Source of the DNA: Octopus vulgaris
Taxonomy: Eukaryota
NCBI GenBank assembly: GCA_951406725.2
Contig: OX597823.1
Span: 42,036,001 to 42,100,000 of the forward strand
DNA: 64,000 nucleotides
Reading direction: 5' to 3'
The notes beneath the pieces are model-generated. The model was not told the origin of the DNA and searched no databases. It saw only the letters and a list, made by a program, of their open reading frames with translations. Positions 11,571-25,280 of the stretch are shown here, piece after piece (position 1 is the first letter of the stretch; every line of letters begins with the position of its first letter). The position numbers and the translations under genes are program-made.

Positions 11571-14406
11571 TATAGTCTAAACTCTATTAGGAGAAACAAT
11601 TGTTAGCCACAAGATGCTATAATTACTGCCTAATTCCTCCTCCTCATCATAATCAACATCATCATCATCATCACCATCATCCTCATCATCTTCATCATCA
11701 TCATCATTATCATCATCATCATCGATCCATTGACCTAACTATTTCAAATCCTTAGACCCATAAAGCTGGTTACCCAGTTTCCTTGGCATATAAGTAACCA
11801 AGATCACAGTATTTCCCCTGAATGTAACACCAGTCCATTTGCATGGTTACACAATTACAATTGAAGGGACTGGAGCAATATGAAATGAAGAGGCTTTCTC
11901 CAAGGACACAACACAGTGTCTGATCTGTGAATTGAAACCACAAACTTATAACACTTGGGTGGAGGGGGCTTGTTATTTATGTTGTTTTTCCAACATTAGG
12001 CTTATAAAGATGTCTGTTTTACTGCATTTAGCAACTCTGTATCTGCTGGCATCATAAGAAACACTCAATAGAACATTTGTCTAAGACATCATGCTAAACA
12101 CTCAACTTCATATTTCTTCACCAGAATGAACTTCTGCAGAACTAATTCTTCCTATTTGTCTTCCTTCTGTAACAACTCACCTTCAAACATTTACTGAACC
12201 AGCCAAACTAAATTATCCTAATCTCCAATTCTAGATGATCCTACAGGGATTATGGACAATTTCCCCCTCTTCCATAAAGTAATCAAATATGGAATTTTGA
12301 AGATAATTCAACTTACCATAAATCCTCATCTTACTATATTTGGCCTTGTCAAAAGAAATTATTTATTTTGGCAGAAAGCAACACAATACTCTTTCTGTTA
12401 ATTTTCAATACCAAAGCGCGAGCCCTGCATATGGCTTGTAAATGCAAAATGGCTTGCAAATGTAAGAAATATGTAATCTAATTCAAGATTGGCTGTCATT
12501 ATTGCTTTACATCAATTTTCCTAATACAGTTGTTGGTGAGATGCCTTTTGTTGGAGCTGTTGTATTTTTAACAGAATACTGTTGCTACTCTAAACCATTA
12601 TCATGAACCATATAGTTCCTATTCTATTTGGGAATAAATCACCTTCTCATAAATATTCTATTAATAAACTGAATTGAATTGAACCACAGATCTTCCATTC
12701 TTTGCTGTTGGATGAGGTCTAGGTATATTTCTGTCAAAGACTGCTTGTTTTATTCTGTTTTATTCTCTCCCCCATCTCCCACCACCACCCCGGTCACACG
12801 TTGAACTATAACATCTCTGCTGTTAGATCCATATCTATCTCTGCCAAGTGTAAAGTTACAGTTTATACATCAATCTTCTTTTTGAAATATTTTCTACTTA
12901 ACATAAGACCTAGACCTGGGTATCAAAACTACTTAAACCCTAAAATAAGCTGGAGCATTTAACAGAGACCAATTTCAACAAAACTATAACAGATCTGATG
13001 TTTGTTGGTGTTATCCCAGTTCAGGCCTAACTGACCAGGTCTATGATCAAAAACATTCCACTTTCGACCATCCAATAATATTTTTCAAGCTTAGTATATT
13101 TAAAGTGGGAAATTAGCAGAGTTGTTAGAGAGTTGGATAGGATACCTTATAATATTTGTGCTGATTCTCAATACTCAAAGTTAAAATTTCACATCAATCA
13201 CCTTTGCCTTTCATTCTTTTTGAGGATTGATGAAAAAAAGGATCAATCCAGAGCAGTGGATCATTGGAATTATTAGAACATCAGAAGGAACAATGTGTGA
13301 TATCTGGTCTATGCATTCAGAGTTTAAATCCTGCTCTGTCACTAACAGACATGGCTGAGTGGTTAAGAAGTTTGTTTCCCAACCATATGGTCCTGGGTTC
13401 AGTCCCACTGAGTGGTAACTTGAGCAAGTATTTTCTACTATAGCTTCAGGCTGACCTAAGACTTGTGAATGAATTTGGCAGACAGAAACTGAAAGTGCCC
13501 ATGCCTTCATACCTAAATGAATATGGGATTGCGCCTAGAAAGTTACCCTTCAAAGTAAAAGTCTGGGCAAGGTTATTTATGTAAGACCAGCAGTTGCCCA
13601 TGCATACCAGCCTCCCCTCTCCATGCTACTGATGTTATCCGGGGGGAAATGCCAATACAGCTTGGCATCAGTGACCTCGCAACTTATTTCTACAGCTGAG
13701 TGAACTGGAGCAACATGAAATAAAGTGTCTTGCTCAAGAACACAACACAGAACCTGGTCTAAGAATTGAACTGACTACCTCATCATTATGAGCCCAACAC
13801 CAAACCCCCTGCGCATGCACTTTCATCCTTCATACAATTTTTAGGGAAATTTTTTTTTTCTTTTTGGTTGCCCTCATATTTAGCAACAACAACAAAAATA
13901 AAAACTCCCTGAAAATTAATAGGCCTTTATTTTGTGTTTTTTAGTTGTTCCAGTTATCAAACTGTGGCCATGCTGGGACATCACCTTGAAAAACTGTAGT
14001 CAAAACAAATTGATTCCAGTATATACTATTTTAAGTCTACTGTTTATTCAGTTCCTCTTTTGCCAAACCAATAAATATGTAAATAAACACATGTCAAACA
14101 TTTAGGGAACACACACATACATATACATGCTACAGACTCCGACACGGTTCCCATCAACCAAATTTACTTACAAGGCATTGGTCAGCTATAGTAAAAGACA
14201 CTAGTTCAAGGTGCCACACAGTGGGACTCAACTTGAAACCAAATAATTACAAAGTAACCACAGAGCCATATTAATTGAACTTCATTTTTTAAATCTTGAT
14301 TACAGTGGTTTCTTGTTTTTCTTTTATTTTCAAAATTCTTTACAAAAACTGATCCTAAACTCACCAATATATCTGTAATTTCCCTTATCTTTTTTTTTAC
14401 TTACAG

Positions 14407-14580
14407 TTAAAAATTGCGGATTCCCCGGAGAACTGGTGAATGGTAGACGTGAGGGTAACAGGTTTAGGTTTCCAGGCAAGGTGACCTACCATTGCAATGA
14501 AGGGTACGAGCTACATGGTCAGCCAGTAAGAGAATGCCAGGCCGATGGTGTTTGGTCGGGATCGTTACCAGTTTGTAAAC
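14407..14580 (+). CDS. Internal exon encoding one Sushi/CCP/SCR domain of a multi-Sushi extracellular protein
   Basis: Acceptor TTTTTTTTTACTTACAG, donor C|GTGAGT, 174 bp, phase 1-1; xKNCGFPGELVNGRREGNRFRFPGKVTYHCNEGYELHGQPVRECQADGVWSGSLPVCK has all 4 Cys, NG, GY and WS..P.C. Confidence 0.95.
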
Positions 14581-16036
14581 GTGAGTATTTGAGTATTTGT
14601 TTTCTCTTTCTAAATTATATGCTTGAATGTGTGTGTATATGTATGTATGTGTGTGTGTGTGTGTGTGTATTGAAAACATAATAATAAGTAGACATGCATA
14701 TATTCTATTATTTATAATATACAGGTAAATCTCTTTCTTTCTCTCATCTCTCTCTCTCTCTCTCCCCATATATTACATAATGGTTACAAGGGACCAAGAC
14801 TTCGAGCAATTTGCTTTACTTAAGAAGACACATCAAACTAAGTAAAATTGTGGCCATTCATACATACAGGCATGTCCTCTATGGCCATACCCTGCCACTC
14901 GCTCTGCCAGCCAAGCTATATTTGTCTTGTGGGTGTTTGTGCCACATAAAGGGGTACGCATGCAAGTGCACTCAAACAAGTGCAACACAAATTGCACTCA
15001 TACCAGTGCCACATAGAATGCACTCGTGGCAATGCCTCATAAAGAGCATGCATGTTTATAACTACTTGAACTGGCGTGGGTTTATTTGTCTCCCAGCAAC
15101 CTAGTGGTTTGGCAAAAGCGATCAACAGAATAAATACATGAGTTGAAATAAGTGCTGGGACCAATTTATTCAACTAAACCCTTCAAGATAGAGCCCCAAC
15201 ATAGCCACAGTCCAAAGCATGAGCAATTAAATATATATACACACACACACACACGCACGGGAAAATGTGTGTGTATGTGTGTGCATGTGTGAGAGGGAGA
15301 GAGAGTGGGAAATCGTGTGTGTGTGGAAAAGGCAGTGAATTGGAAATGTCAAAAGGTTGAAAAGAAAGCGAGAAATGAATCAAAAGGGAATATAATGTGA
15401 AGTGGTGTGGAGTGAAAGTGGGGTAATTGATGAACAAATTAAACATATTTACAATATTCAAATATTAAAATCATAGCAAATTAGTGCTATTGAAATCTAC
15501 TGAAAAACCCTAATTGATTAAACAAACCAGAGTACCTTTTTGCATTGTATATGAAATGAAGTGGTACAGAAGGTGTAGGTTGAAGGGATAGGGTCTAACA
15601 TTAAGAAGATATTGATCTTAAATAGCACCCCAACCACCTGAGTAAACTATGGCATCTATTTAGAACCATATGTAAAATGGAGGTTTGTATGCAAATGTAC
15701 TAATTAGCTAATAGTTGAGGACATAGAGGTTACCGGTTGTTAGATTTTCATTCAGAATAAACCATAAAATCCATCTTTAGTTATCTGCAAACTGAGTGTA
15801 AATAAGGAAGAGGACTAATTACCTAAGTGGAGAGAACTTAAGCAAGCAGTGTCACCACTTTGAATAATGTTTGTTTGGAGTAAACCCATTCTTGATGTCA
15901 GTTGATCAATACTGGTATAGAAACATGTTGATTCTCGGTTATCATCATCATCATCATCATTTCGTGTTCATTCTTCCAAGCTTGTATGAGTCATACAGAA
16001 TTTGCTGAGGCAGATTTTCTACATGTGGATACCATT

Positions 16037-16426
16037 CTTGTTACCAAACCTCACCCGTTTCCAAGAGAGGTATATATTTCACCATAGTCAGATAGACTTT
16101 TCATGGAGTATTGGAAATGAACATAACATTGCTTATATGATAGTGATGCTTGTCTACAACCATTGCACATTGTTAAGGCAAAATACACTATATATATATA
16201 TATATGTATGTATATATATATATATATATATATGCACACACACACACATGTGCATATGTAAATACACACATATATGTAAATATATATGTGTAAGTGTGCT
16301 TTTGTGTATTTTGCCTTAACAATATGCAATGGTTGTAGACATGCATCACCAGTCCTCCATGAAAAGTCTTTCTGACTATGGAGAAATATATACCTCTCTT
16401 GGAAACAGGTGAGGTTTGGTAACAAG
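16037..16426. repeat. Inverted repeat, arms 16037-16188 and 16304-16426, microsatellite spacer
   Basis: CTTGTTACCAAACCTCACC...GGCAAAATACAC is mirrored with few mismatches; right arm lacks about 30 bp. Confidence 0.92.
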
Positions 16427-17222
16427 TTGGAAAATACCGCATGGGGAACAGGAAATCGACCATGTTGTGAACAGGAAATCAACTGTGTGGTGGACAAGAA
16501 ATCGGCCAGGTGGTTGGAGGGAAGTAGGAAGGAGCAGTAGATGTGGGGTTATATATGTATATATTTGCATGTATGCATCTGTATTTATACGAGTATGTAC
16601 GTGTGCTTAGATGTACATTCACACAGCTGCATAACTGTTCACAAACACACACACACACAGAAACACAAAGGCACACATACACACACACACACATGCACAC
16701 CTTACCTTCATGTACATATGCACATGAGTACACACACATGCATGTAGACACATAAGTGTGCATGTGTATGTGCACATGCACAGGTGAATATGTATATGGG
16801 CATGCACATATGTACATGTACACCCACAGATACATTCATGTGCATGCATATGGTTAGCAGGTGCATATGCACAGTCATCCACATATACTCGTGGTCATGC
16901 ACAAGGGGTGAGAGTATGTGGGTAGACTGGCATGGAGAAGTATTGGGGATCATTGTACTGTTCATGAGGGTTAATTTGTGATGATGGCCTTGGTGAAGGC
17001 TGTGCTAGGGATGGCTGGTACTATGCAGGTATATCAGGGTTGTCAGCAGCTGGTGGCTTGAAATTTACCAGAATGGTGTACCTCTGGTGACAGCAATACG
17101 ATACCTCATATTTCTTGTTGTGGGATACTGCTGGTTAGTAGACAATATGCAGCTTTTTGTGGAAGTACCATTGGCAATTAGGGGCGCCAGATGAATATGG
17201 TGGCACTATCAATAATTTTCCA

Positions 17223-17259
<37 letters not shown>

Positions 17260-18971
17260 CAAAATTAAGAGGAATGACCACTAAAGTTAATTTTGTATGT
17301 AACACAATTTTTAATCTTTGGATTTTTAAATATGCTAAGCCACTGGTTTTAATTGATTAACATCAATTTCTACCCTTATTATTTAATTTTATACGCACTC
17401 ACTCACACACACACACACACACACACACACGCGCGCGCACGTGCACACACACATGCACAACAGGTATCTTTCAGTTTCTGGCTACCAAATCCACTTGCAA
17501 GGCTTTACTAGTGCAAGGCTATAACTATAAAACACTTGCCCAAGGTATTATATAGTGGAATTGAACTGTTTGGATTGGAACCAAGCTTTTTTTAATTACA
17601 CACCCATTCCTGTGCTTTAAATCTCACTAATCCCAATTTTGTAAGCTGTAATTAACCAGAGTTAACCCTATAGCATTCAGATTATTTTGTCAAATGTAAT
17701 GCTTGTTTATTCACATTGTTTTGAATTAGACATGCATTATCCTGTAGATTCAAGATTTCAGTGATGTGATTATTTTTACAATAATATTATATGGTAGCTG
17801 TGAGATACTGGATCTGACCAGTTTGAACATAAAGAAAATAGACTATTTTGACCAGATATAACTGGTCTAAATACTAAAGCGTTAAACAATTTTAACTGTG
17901 TATGAATGACTTGGTTAAGCATCTTAACCACTGAGCCACAGTAAAACTTCAAATAGAAAAAAAAACATTTGTTAGCTATATTTTTTCCCCTTTGTTTTTC
18001 AACTTATTGTTGATGTATTTTTTTGTATTCTAGGAAATTCAGATATCTGCATATAATTATTTTAGTCTTTGCACAAAAAAACTAATTTTAGTCAGACATT
18101 TCCATAATTATTTGAATTTGCATTAAATAGTTTTAAGATAGATTTTTAAATGAGCAATTGGCTTGATTGTAATGATAGCATATTCATCATTATCATTACC
18201 ACCTCCAATGTACATTGGCTGCCCAGCAAACAGAGGTTGGACAGTTTGACACAATCCATCTTGCTCTAATATCTTGGACTTGGCATAGTTTCTATAGCTG
18301 ATTACCATTGCAAACATCAACCATACTACAGAGTATACTAGGAACTTTTTTGTTGCACTCAGCAAACCTAAAGAGTCTTCTCAATCCTGTATTATCTCTA
18401 TTCAATTCACTAACCACCTCTATAATGTGCATGGGGTGCCTTCTTTTGGTGGTACCAGTACTACAGAGAACTCCCACAAATGAAAGAAAGGATAAGAAAA
18501 AGCTTAGGAACTTTAGGAAAGCTGTTAAGATAAGTTAAAAGTGTGATGGAAATAAGATGAAAGGAATGAATTAATTATAGTGAGTAATAGAGAAAAGGTT
18601 AACAGGAGACAGAGTTTAAGGTAAACTAATAGAAGAGAAAGGGGTAAAGATAAAGGTCAAGGAAATAGTAGGGCAGAGAGTAGTATTATGAAGTGGGTTG
18701 GGTAAGATGGACTCAGTGCCATCCTGGGTTATATATTTATCAGTACCATCATTGTTTTACAGTCAATTTTAATGATGGCATGAGCTAGATAGTTCTTAAA
18801 AAGAAAACTGACAGTACATACATGCATGACTATACATACACACACACACACATATGCATACATATACATACATAGCACACATACAACTGCCTGGATTCCA
18901 TGACATATGTACATACATACACCTGCCAAGTGTCTATGACCAAAGAGGAGATAACTACATGAAAATGCTTG

Positions 18972-19484
18972 TCTCTCACAGCCTGGGTAGGTGGTGTTGT
19001 GAGCTGAGATAGATGTATGCACGCCATTTGTCAACAAACAGGAAATATTTTCTATGGCAAAACGCAGTGAGTAACTTCTACCTTGGTTTGAATGTGCCTC
19101 AAACATATTTGGACTGATAATAACATTACTGTTTTACTTATCACTGCTTAGTGCTTTCCCACTGTAATTTACTTGCGATGAGCCACTGTATAGTACTACT
19201 AGTAACTGTATGGTGACTGGAAAAGCACAAGAGAGTCAGTCTCTTCAATCAGCTCAGAATGGCACCTGCCTGATATCTGTGACTGAAGAGGGAATAAACA
19301 CTCTAAAGTGGTAGCATCTCACAGACTAGGTAGGTGGCGCTGTAAGCTGATCTAGGTGTATACACATCATTTCTCAACAAACAGGATGTATTTTATATGA
19401 CGAAATTCAGTGAGTACCTTGTTCACCGGTTCAAACATGCCACAAGCATATTCAGACTGATAATACCAATACAGTTATACATAC
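18972..19484. repeat. Diverged direct repeat of about 170 bp (18972-19140 and 19316-19484)
   Basis: Shared anchors TCTCACAG.CT.GGTAGGTGG, TCAACAAACAGGA, CAGTGAGTA, GACTGATAATA. Confidence 0.8.
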
Positions 19485-19630
19485 ATACAGTTCACAGCAA
19501 GATCCAGATATTCTCTGTTTGGAAGACATTTAGTAGTGCTCATTTTAGGTAGTAAGTTGCTTGGCTGACATTGTCGTAAATCAAAGTTAATTTTGAGTAA
19601 GGATTCTTATAGCTATAGGATTACATAGAT

Positions 19631-20440
19631 TTAATAAAAATGTGCAAATGATGAATACAACCTGTGTTTACAAGATAGTATTATATCTGAGAATCTATTA
19701 AGTAATGAGGGGTTGTGGTAGTGAAGAATGGTTAGAAATTCTCTTAAATATAATTTACACATATTGATGTTTGCATTGTATAGGGGAGCCTCACTCATGA
19801 TGAACCAAGATAGGGTATAGGGAATACTTTGAGATTTAAGGTTGTGTATATAAGTTGCTAAGGAGGTATATAATTTAGAATTTGGATTAGAGAAAGAGTT
19901 CATGTGTGTATGGTCATGGCATTTGAAATTGACAGTGCCACTGATATAGACCCTTGCTTGGTGGGTGCGTGTTGTTATAACATGACACTTGTAGACTACA
20001 TTTTTACTTGGACAGAAACCCTGAAGAGAAAATAGTTGAGAAACCAGACAATTTCGAGTTTTTCCCCCTTCTCTGTGGCTGGAGTTTATCACTGGGTGGT
20101 GGGATCAAGGTCCAGTGGCCCAATATTAGTGAAGGAGAACCTGAAGTGTAATCTGTATCAGTATTGGTTTGGGAAGGAGTATCACTGCTGGTAGATGTGG
20201 TCAAATAGGTAGAATTGTGTGAAGATGCCTTGGGTCTGGTAATTTTTATTCAAGTGGGGTTACTGAAGGTTGTATTATTTCCACTGGGTGGGTTAATCTG
20301 GGGTGCAGTGTGAGAAATTGAAGGACAGTGTTATAGTTTGCATCTGTTTGAGGAGGCAGTTATGGATCCTAAATTAGGTGTGATAGAGTGGGACATTTTA
20401 ACTGGTGATTTATTAATGATACAGCAATATGTATCAGTAT
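19631..20440 (-). mobile_element. Penelope-like element remnant: GIY-YIG endonuclease C-terminus (ORF 19631..20092) preceded by a Ser/Thr/Pro-rich linker
   Basis: SLQGFCPSKNVVYKCHV...VYISGT..FK...HMNSF...TSLATYIHNLK...YTLSWFI...CKLYLRE...LLNRFSDIILSCKH parallels the PLE pattern CPLxGxC..NIVY...YIG..FK.R..NH..SF...LS..IW.LK...W.I...C.LCL.E...LLNKRSE...CRH. Confidence 0.82.
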
Positions 20441-20986
20441 GCAGCACCACTGCACCATGGATCCACATTTTCAAGGAAATGGAGGAAACATTTCATATTT
20501 GAACTTGGCATCATGTCATTGATGGGTTTAAATGAAATTTTCAACTTCTAGTCCCACACTTCCTTCCTCTTCATTCATGAAACCTTTTCTTAATGATCAA
20601 CTCCCCTTTCACCTATCTCTTCCCTTCACATCACTCTCAGCTCTGCCTGCTTCTCCTCATTCTATTTTATATTTCCCTTCTTTCTCTCACTGTTCCCCCT
20701 ACCACTTCTTGCCCATGTATGAAGCTCACATGATCCTGTGTTCCTCATCAGTTGCAGCCTGTTTTGTAGGATTTTATCTTTTTTAACTTGGAGGATGAAC
20801 AATTCCACAGTCTCTCATTAATTTCTCTCCTTTCAAAATTTCCTTCAAGAAGGACACCATCCAAAGCATTAGATTTTCCATTCCTCGTGGCAAGTTCATG
20901 GTGAGCTTTCTATCAATTTCACTATATAATACGAGTCTTACCAACACAGACCACCTCCAGCTTTTGGGAGTCTGTTTGATGATATA

Positions 20987-21030
<44 letters not shown>

Positions 21031-21984
21031 ACTGTACATAATATAGATAAATTTATATGTAAAATATATATATATATATATATATATAGGTACATATTAC
21101 ATGCACACACGCATATATTGTGTGTAAAGATGTCTGCATATGTATATCTATCTTTCACTATATACTCCTATCATTAAGTATGTGCATACATGCATGTGTC
21201 TCTGACACTGTCATATGCCAGTATATATGATCCATCCATTTATATGTCACTGTCCATTTTCTCTGTTTTATTCTTATTTTTGTATGCATGTATGTGCATG
21301 TTCATGCATAAAAGAAAATGACCTGATATAATTGATGTTGGATGCTCTTTTCAGATAACATCTATTCAAATCCACTCTAGTATTTTATGATTTTCTGCAC
21401 GGTTCTTCATTCTACCATATCCCCATTGACTGAGTTGTCAGAAATAGGCATCAGAGGATCGTGGGAAATGTACAGCGATGCTGATCGCCCATTCATATTA
21501 TCTACCTCTGATTATAAAAGGCCTAACTACAGGTTCTTTTTATTGTGCTTGTGAAAGGCATATGAATATATTTTTCAGGATTTATGCCTTACCAAATATA
21601 TATGCATACACATACATATATGTATAAATACGCAGGTGTGTTTGTGTGAGTGTGTGTGTGTGTGTTGTGAGTGCATGCGTGTATGGTAGTTTTACTGGGA
21701 GCTGCATATACTGTGATAGAGATAGAGAACGAAAGTGAGTTGCTGCTTAGGGGGAGATAATTGCTTCTCACCACATATGTATATATATATATACACACAT
21801 ATATATATACACATATATATATACACACACATATATACATATATATATATGCACACACGTGTATACATATATACACACATGCGTACACATATATATATAT
21901 GTGTATGTGTGTTTACATACACACATGCATATATACATATATATGCATATATAAATATATATACATGCATATACTTATATATAC

Positions 21985-22020
<36 letters not shown>

Positions 22021-22319
22021 GGTTGTCTGTTTAATGCCCAATTTTGTAGACAAAAACCTTAGAATTTACATGTGTATATATTAAGTTTATATGTACGTAC
22101 ACATTTATATATTTATATGTATATATATATGTACACACAGACACATATATGTACGTATGTACATACATACATGCATGCATAGAGACATACATATATACAT
22201 GCATGCATACATACATGCATACATACATACATGCATGCATACATGCATACATGCATGCATGCATGCATACATACATACATACATACATACATACATACAT
22301 ACATACATACATACATACA

Positions 22320-22353
<34 letters not shown>

Positions 22354-22817
22354 CATACATAGTTCAAACAATCTTTCTTTTAATTTTATAGTTGGCCATG
22401 TACCATAATTAGTTAGCTACAATGACCAACATATTTCTGCTGCACAAAGTAGGTACAGCTGAATAATCTGCTTTATTATCAACTGTGAAATTAAAAAAAA
22501 AATTGAAGTTATACCTGTCTCTGTATTCTTTGTAATTGTTTGAAGTTTACACACCTGATAATATTCATAAAGAGTTGCCCATCAGGAAAATTACAGCAGG
22601 GCTGATAATACTAAGAGATCAGGGATGTTTATTACTACCTGATGCAACTAACCATAATATGCAATATACTTAAGAGCCATCATATTATCGAACTGGATAT
22701 CTTTATATACTCACCTTATATACATACATGCATACATATATATATATATATAATATATATATATGTATGTATATATATATATGTATATATATGTATATAT
22801 ATATATATATGTATGTA

Positions 22818-22868
<51 letters not shown>

Positions 22869-22888
22869 ATATAAGGTGAGTATATAAT

Positions 22889-22957
<69 letters not shown>

Positions 22958-23518
22958 AGGCACTGATCTGTGATTGAAAATTCAACAAAAAAAAAAACTC
23001 TATCTGGTGAGATAGGTGTATTGCTACCTTTAAATAAATAATACACACACACACATATATATGCCTATATATTTGTATGTATATATGCCTATGTATATAT
23101 GTATATATATTTGTATATATGTATGTATATACGTACATTCACACACACACACACACATATATTTATGTGTGTGTGTACATATATTTGTATATGCATATAT
23201 GTGTGTGTCTAAATGCTTTTGGTGCGAATGGCTTTTCATATACGGCACTGAATTTTACAATCCTGTAAATAATAATAATGGTATTTTTATACCATTATAT
23301 ATATATATATTGAGGCACATAATACATACATATGCATATATATTGTGTTTAAAAACGTCTGCATATGTATATCTGTCTTTCACTATATACCCCTATCCTT
23401 TGACTAAACTAAAAAAAACAAGAGCAATAACGACAGAAATGTGATTGGCAAAAAATTAAGTGTTGAAGATGAATGTATTATCAAAATGTGTAGGTCTAAA
23501 TCTGTAGATTATTGTATG

Positions 23519-23522
23519 AATG

Positions 23523-23559
<37 letters not shown>

Positions 23560-23653
23560 GAATAATAATAATAACAATAATAATAATAATAATGATAATA
23601 ATAGTAATAAGAATAATAGTAATAATGATAATAATAATGATAATAATAATAAC

Positions 23654-23688
<35 letters not shown>

Positions 23689-23730
23689 GAAGAAGAAGAA
23701 GAAGAAGAAGAAGAATCATAATAATAATAA
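23519..23730. repeat. (AAT)n/(AAG)n microsatellite followed by a minus-strand Nin-domain SINE (23730-23945); other AAT/ATT blocks at 45850-46065, 52935-53040 and 59597-59890
   Basis: Read directly. Confidence 0.92.
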
Positions 23731-23941
23731 TGGTTTCAAATTTTGTTACAAGGGCAGTCATTTTGGGGGAGGGATGAGTTGATTACATCGACTCCAGTAT
23801 TCAACTGGTACTTACTTTATTGACCCCAAAAAGATTGAAGGTAAAGTTGACATTGGTTCACCTTGAACTGAGAATGTAGCAACAGGTGAAATACACTAAA
23901 CATTTCTTCCAGCATGCTATCTATTCTGTCAGCTTGCTGCC

Positions 23942-23999
<58 letters not shown>

Positions 24000-24989
24000 T
24001 AACAACAACAATAATAAAATTAAGAATAAAAATAACAGTAGGTAAAATCCAATATTGATACAGTTAATACTAAGAAAAATGTATATATAAATAATACAAA
24101 GAATAATTCAAGAAGCTAACTGTATCCCTCAAAAATTCTTTGCTGCACCAGGCAAGTATTTCTCACCTTCAAGTATATATAGGAAATTATTTAATTGCAA
24201 TAGGATAAAGATTTTGAATTCAACCATTTGAAATTAGCTGAGATTATAGCAGCATGCAATAAAGAGAGAATTAGGTAATATCTCAATTCTGAATCAATAA
24301 ACAATAAGGGGTGGCTGGGTGGTAAGTAGCTTGCTTACCAACCGCTTGGTTCCGGGTTCAATCCCACTGCATGGCACCTCGAGCAAGTGTCTTCTACTAG
24401 AGCCTCAAGCTGACCAAAGCCTTGTGAGTGGATTTGGTAGACGGAAACTGAAAGAAGCTCATCCTATATATGTATATATATATATGTGTGTGTGTGTATA
24501 TATGTTTGTGTGTCTGTGTTTGTCCCCACAACATCGATTGTAAGGTAATAACAGGGGATCATAATTATTAATATATTGCTTCATCCGCTACAATTTGGAA
24601 ATCTATATTACTTTATTATTCTCATTCATTTATGTATAGAAGAAAAGGTAATTCTACAAATCTTAGTAAATACATTTGGAATTTAAAAGATAGGAACATT
24701 ATTTAAAGTGGTCTATTATTAGTTATGCACCATTCTACAATATTGGTAATTCTACATGTAATCTTTGCCTTGAAGAAATGTTGTATATAATTACTTCTAA
24801 ATTAATTTTAATGAATTTTGATGGCAGCTTTATGATGAAATGTTGCCATAAATCTCAGAAGACATTCAAATACTCCAATTTTTAATATATGAAAATAGCT
24901 TTTTGTATATTATACAATGTAATAATATTAATACTTCTAAAAGTTTTACTACATTTAATGAATAGATAACTAATTGTTGTAATGTAAAA

Positions 24990-25280
24990 TCTCTTATGTT
25001 TCTAATTATCATAACATAGAATTCTTATGTTTACTTTTTATTCTTTAGTTATTCAGTGACATCACCAATAGCTGTATGCAAAAATAGCCTTTTTTTTAGA
25101 TTATATTTCTTTATGTTCCTGATTGTAGTAATATAGAATTTTTATGTTTGTTTATTAGTATTTACTTATCCACTGACATCACCAATAGTTGAATACTAAA
25201 ATAGCCTTTCTTAAATATATTTATCTTTTATTTTATTTTTTTTTATATCCAATGACACCACCATCAATTGAATACAGCAA
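24990..25280. repeat. Diverged tandem repeat, unit about 115 bp, about 2.3 copies
   Basis: ATAGAATT.TTATGTTT and TGACATCACCAATAG.TG...AAAATAGCCTTT recur. Confidence 0.75.

Noticed and set aside
14436-14681. ORF-track start and C-terminal extension of the Sushi ORF
   Set aside because: True boundaries are the splice sites at 14407 and 14580; the tail REYLSICF... is intron
21355-21540. Possible extra exon after TCTTTTCAG in a CpG-containing island
   Set aside because: All three + frames hit stops within about 12 codons and there is no Sushi signature
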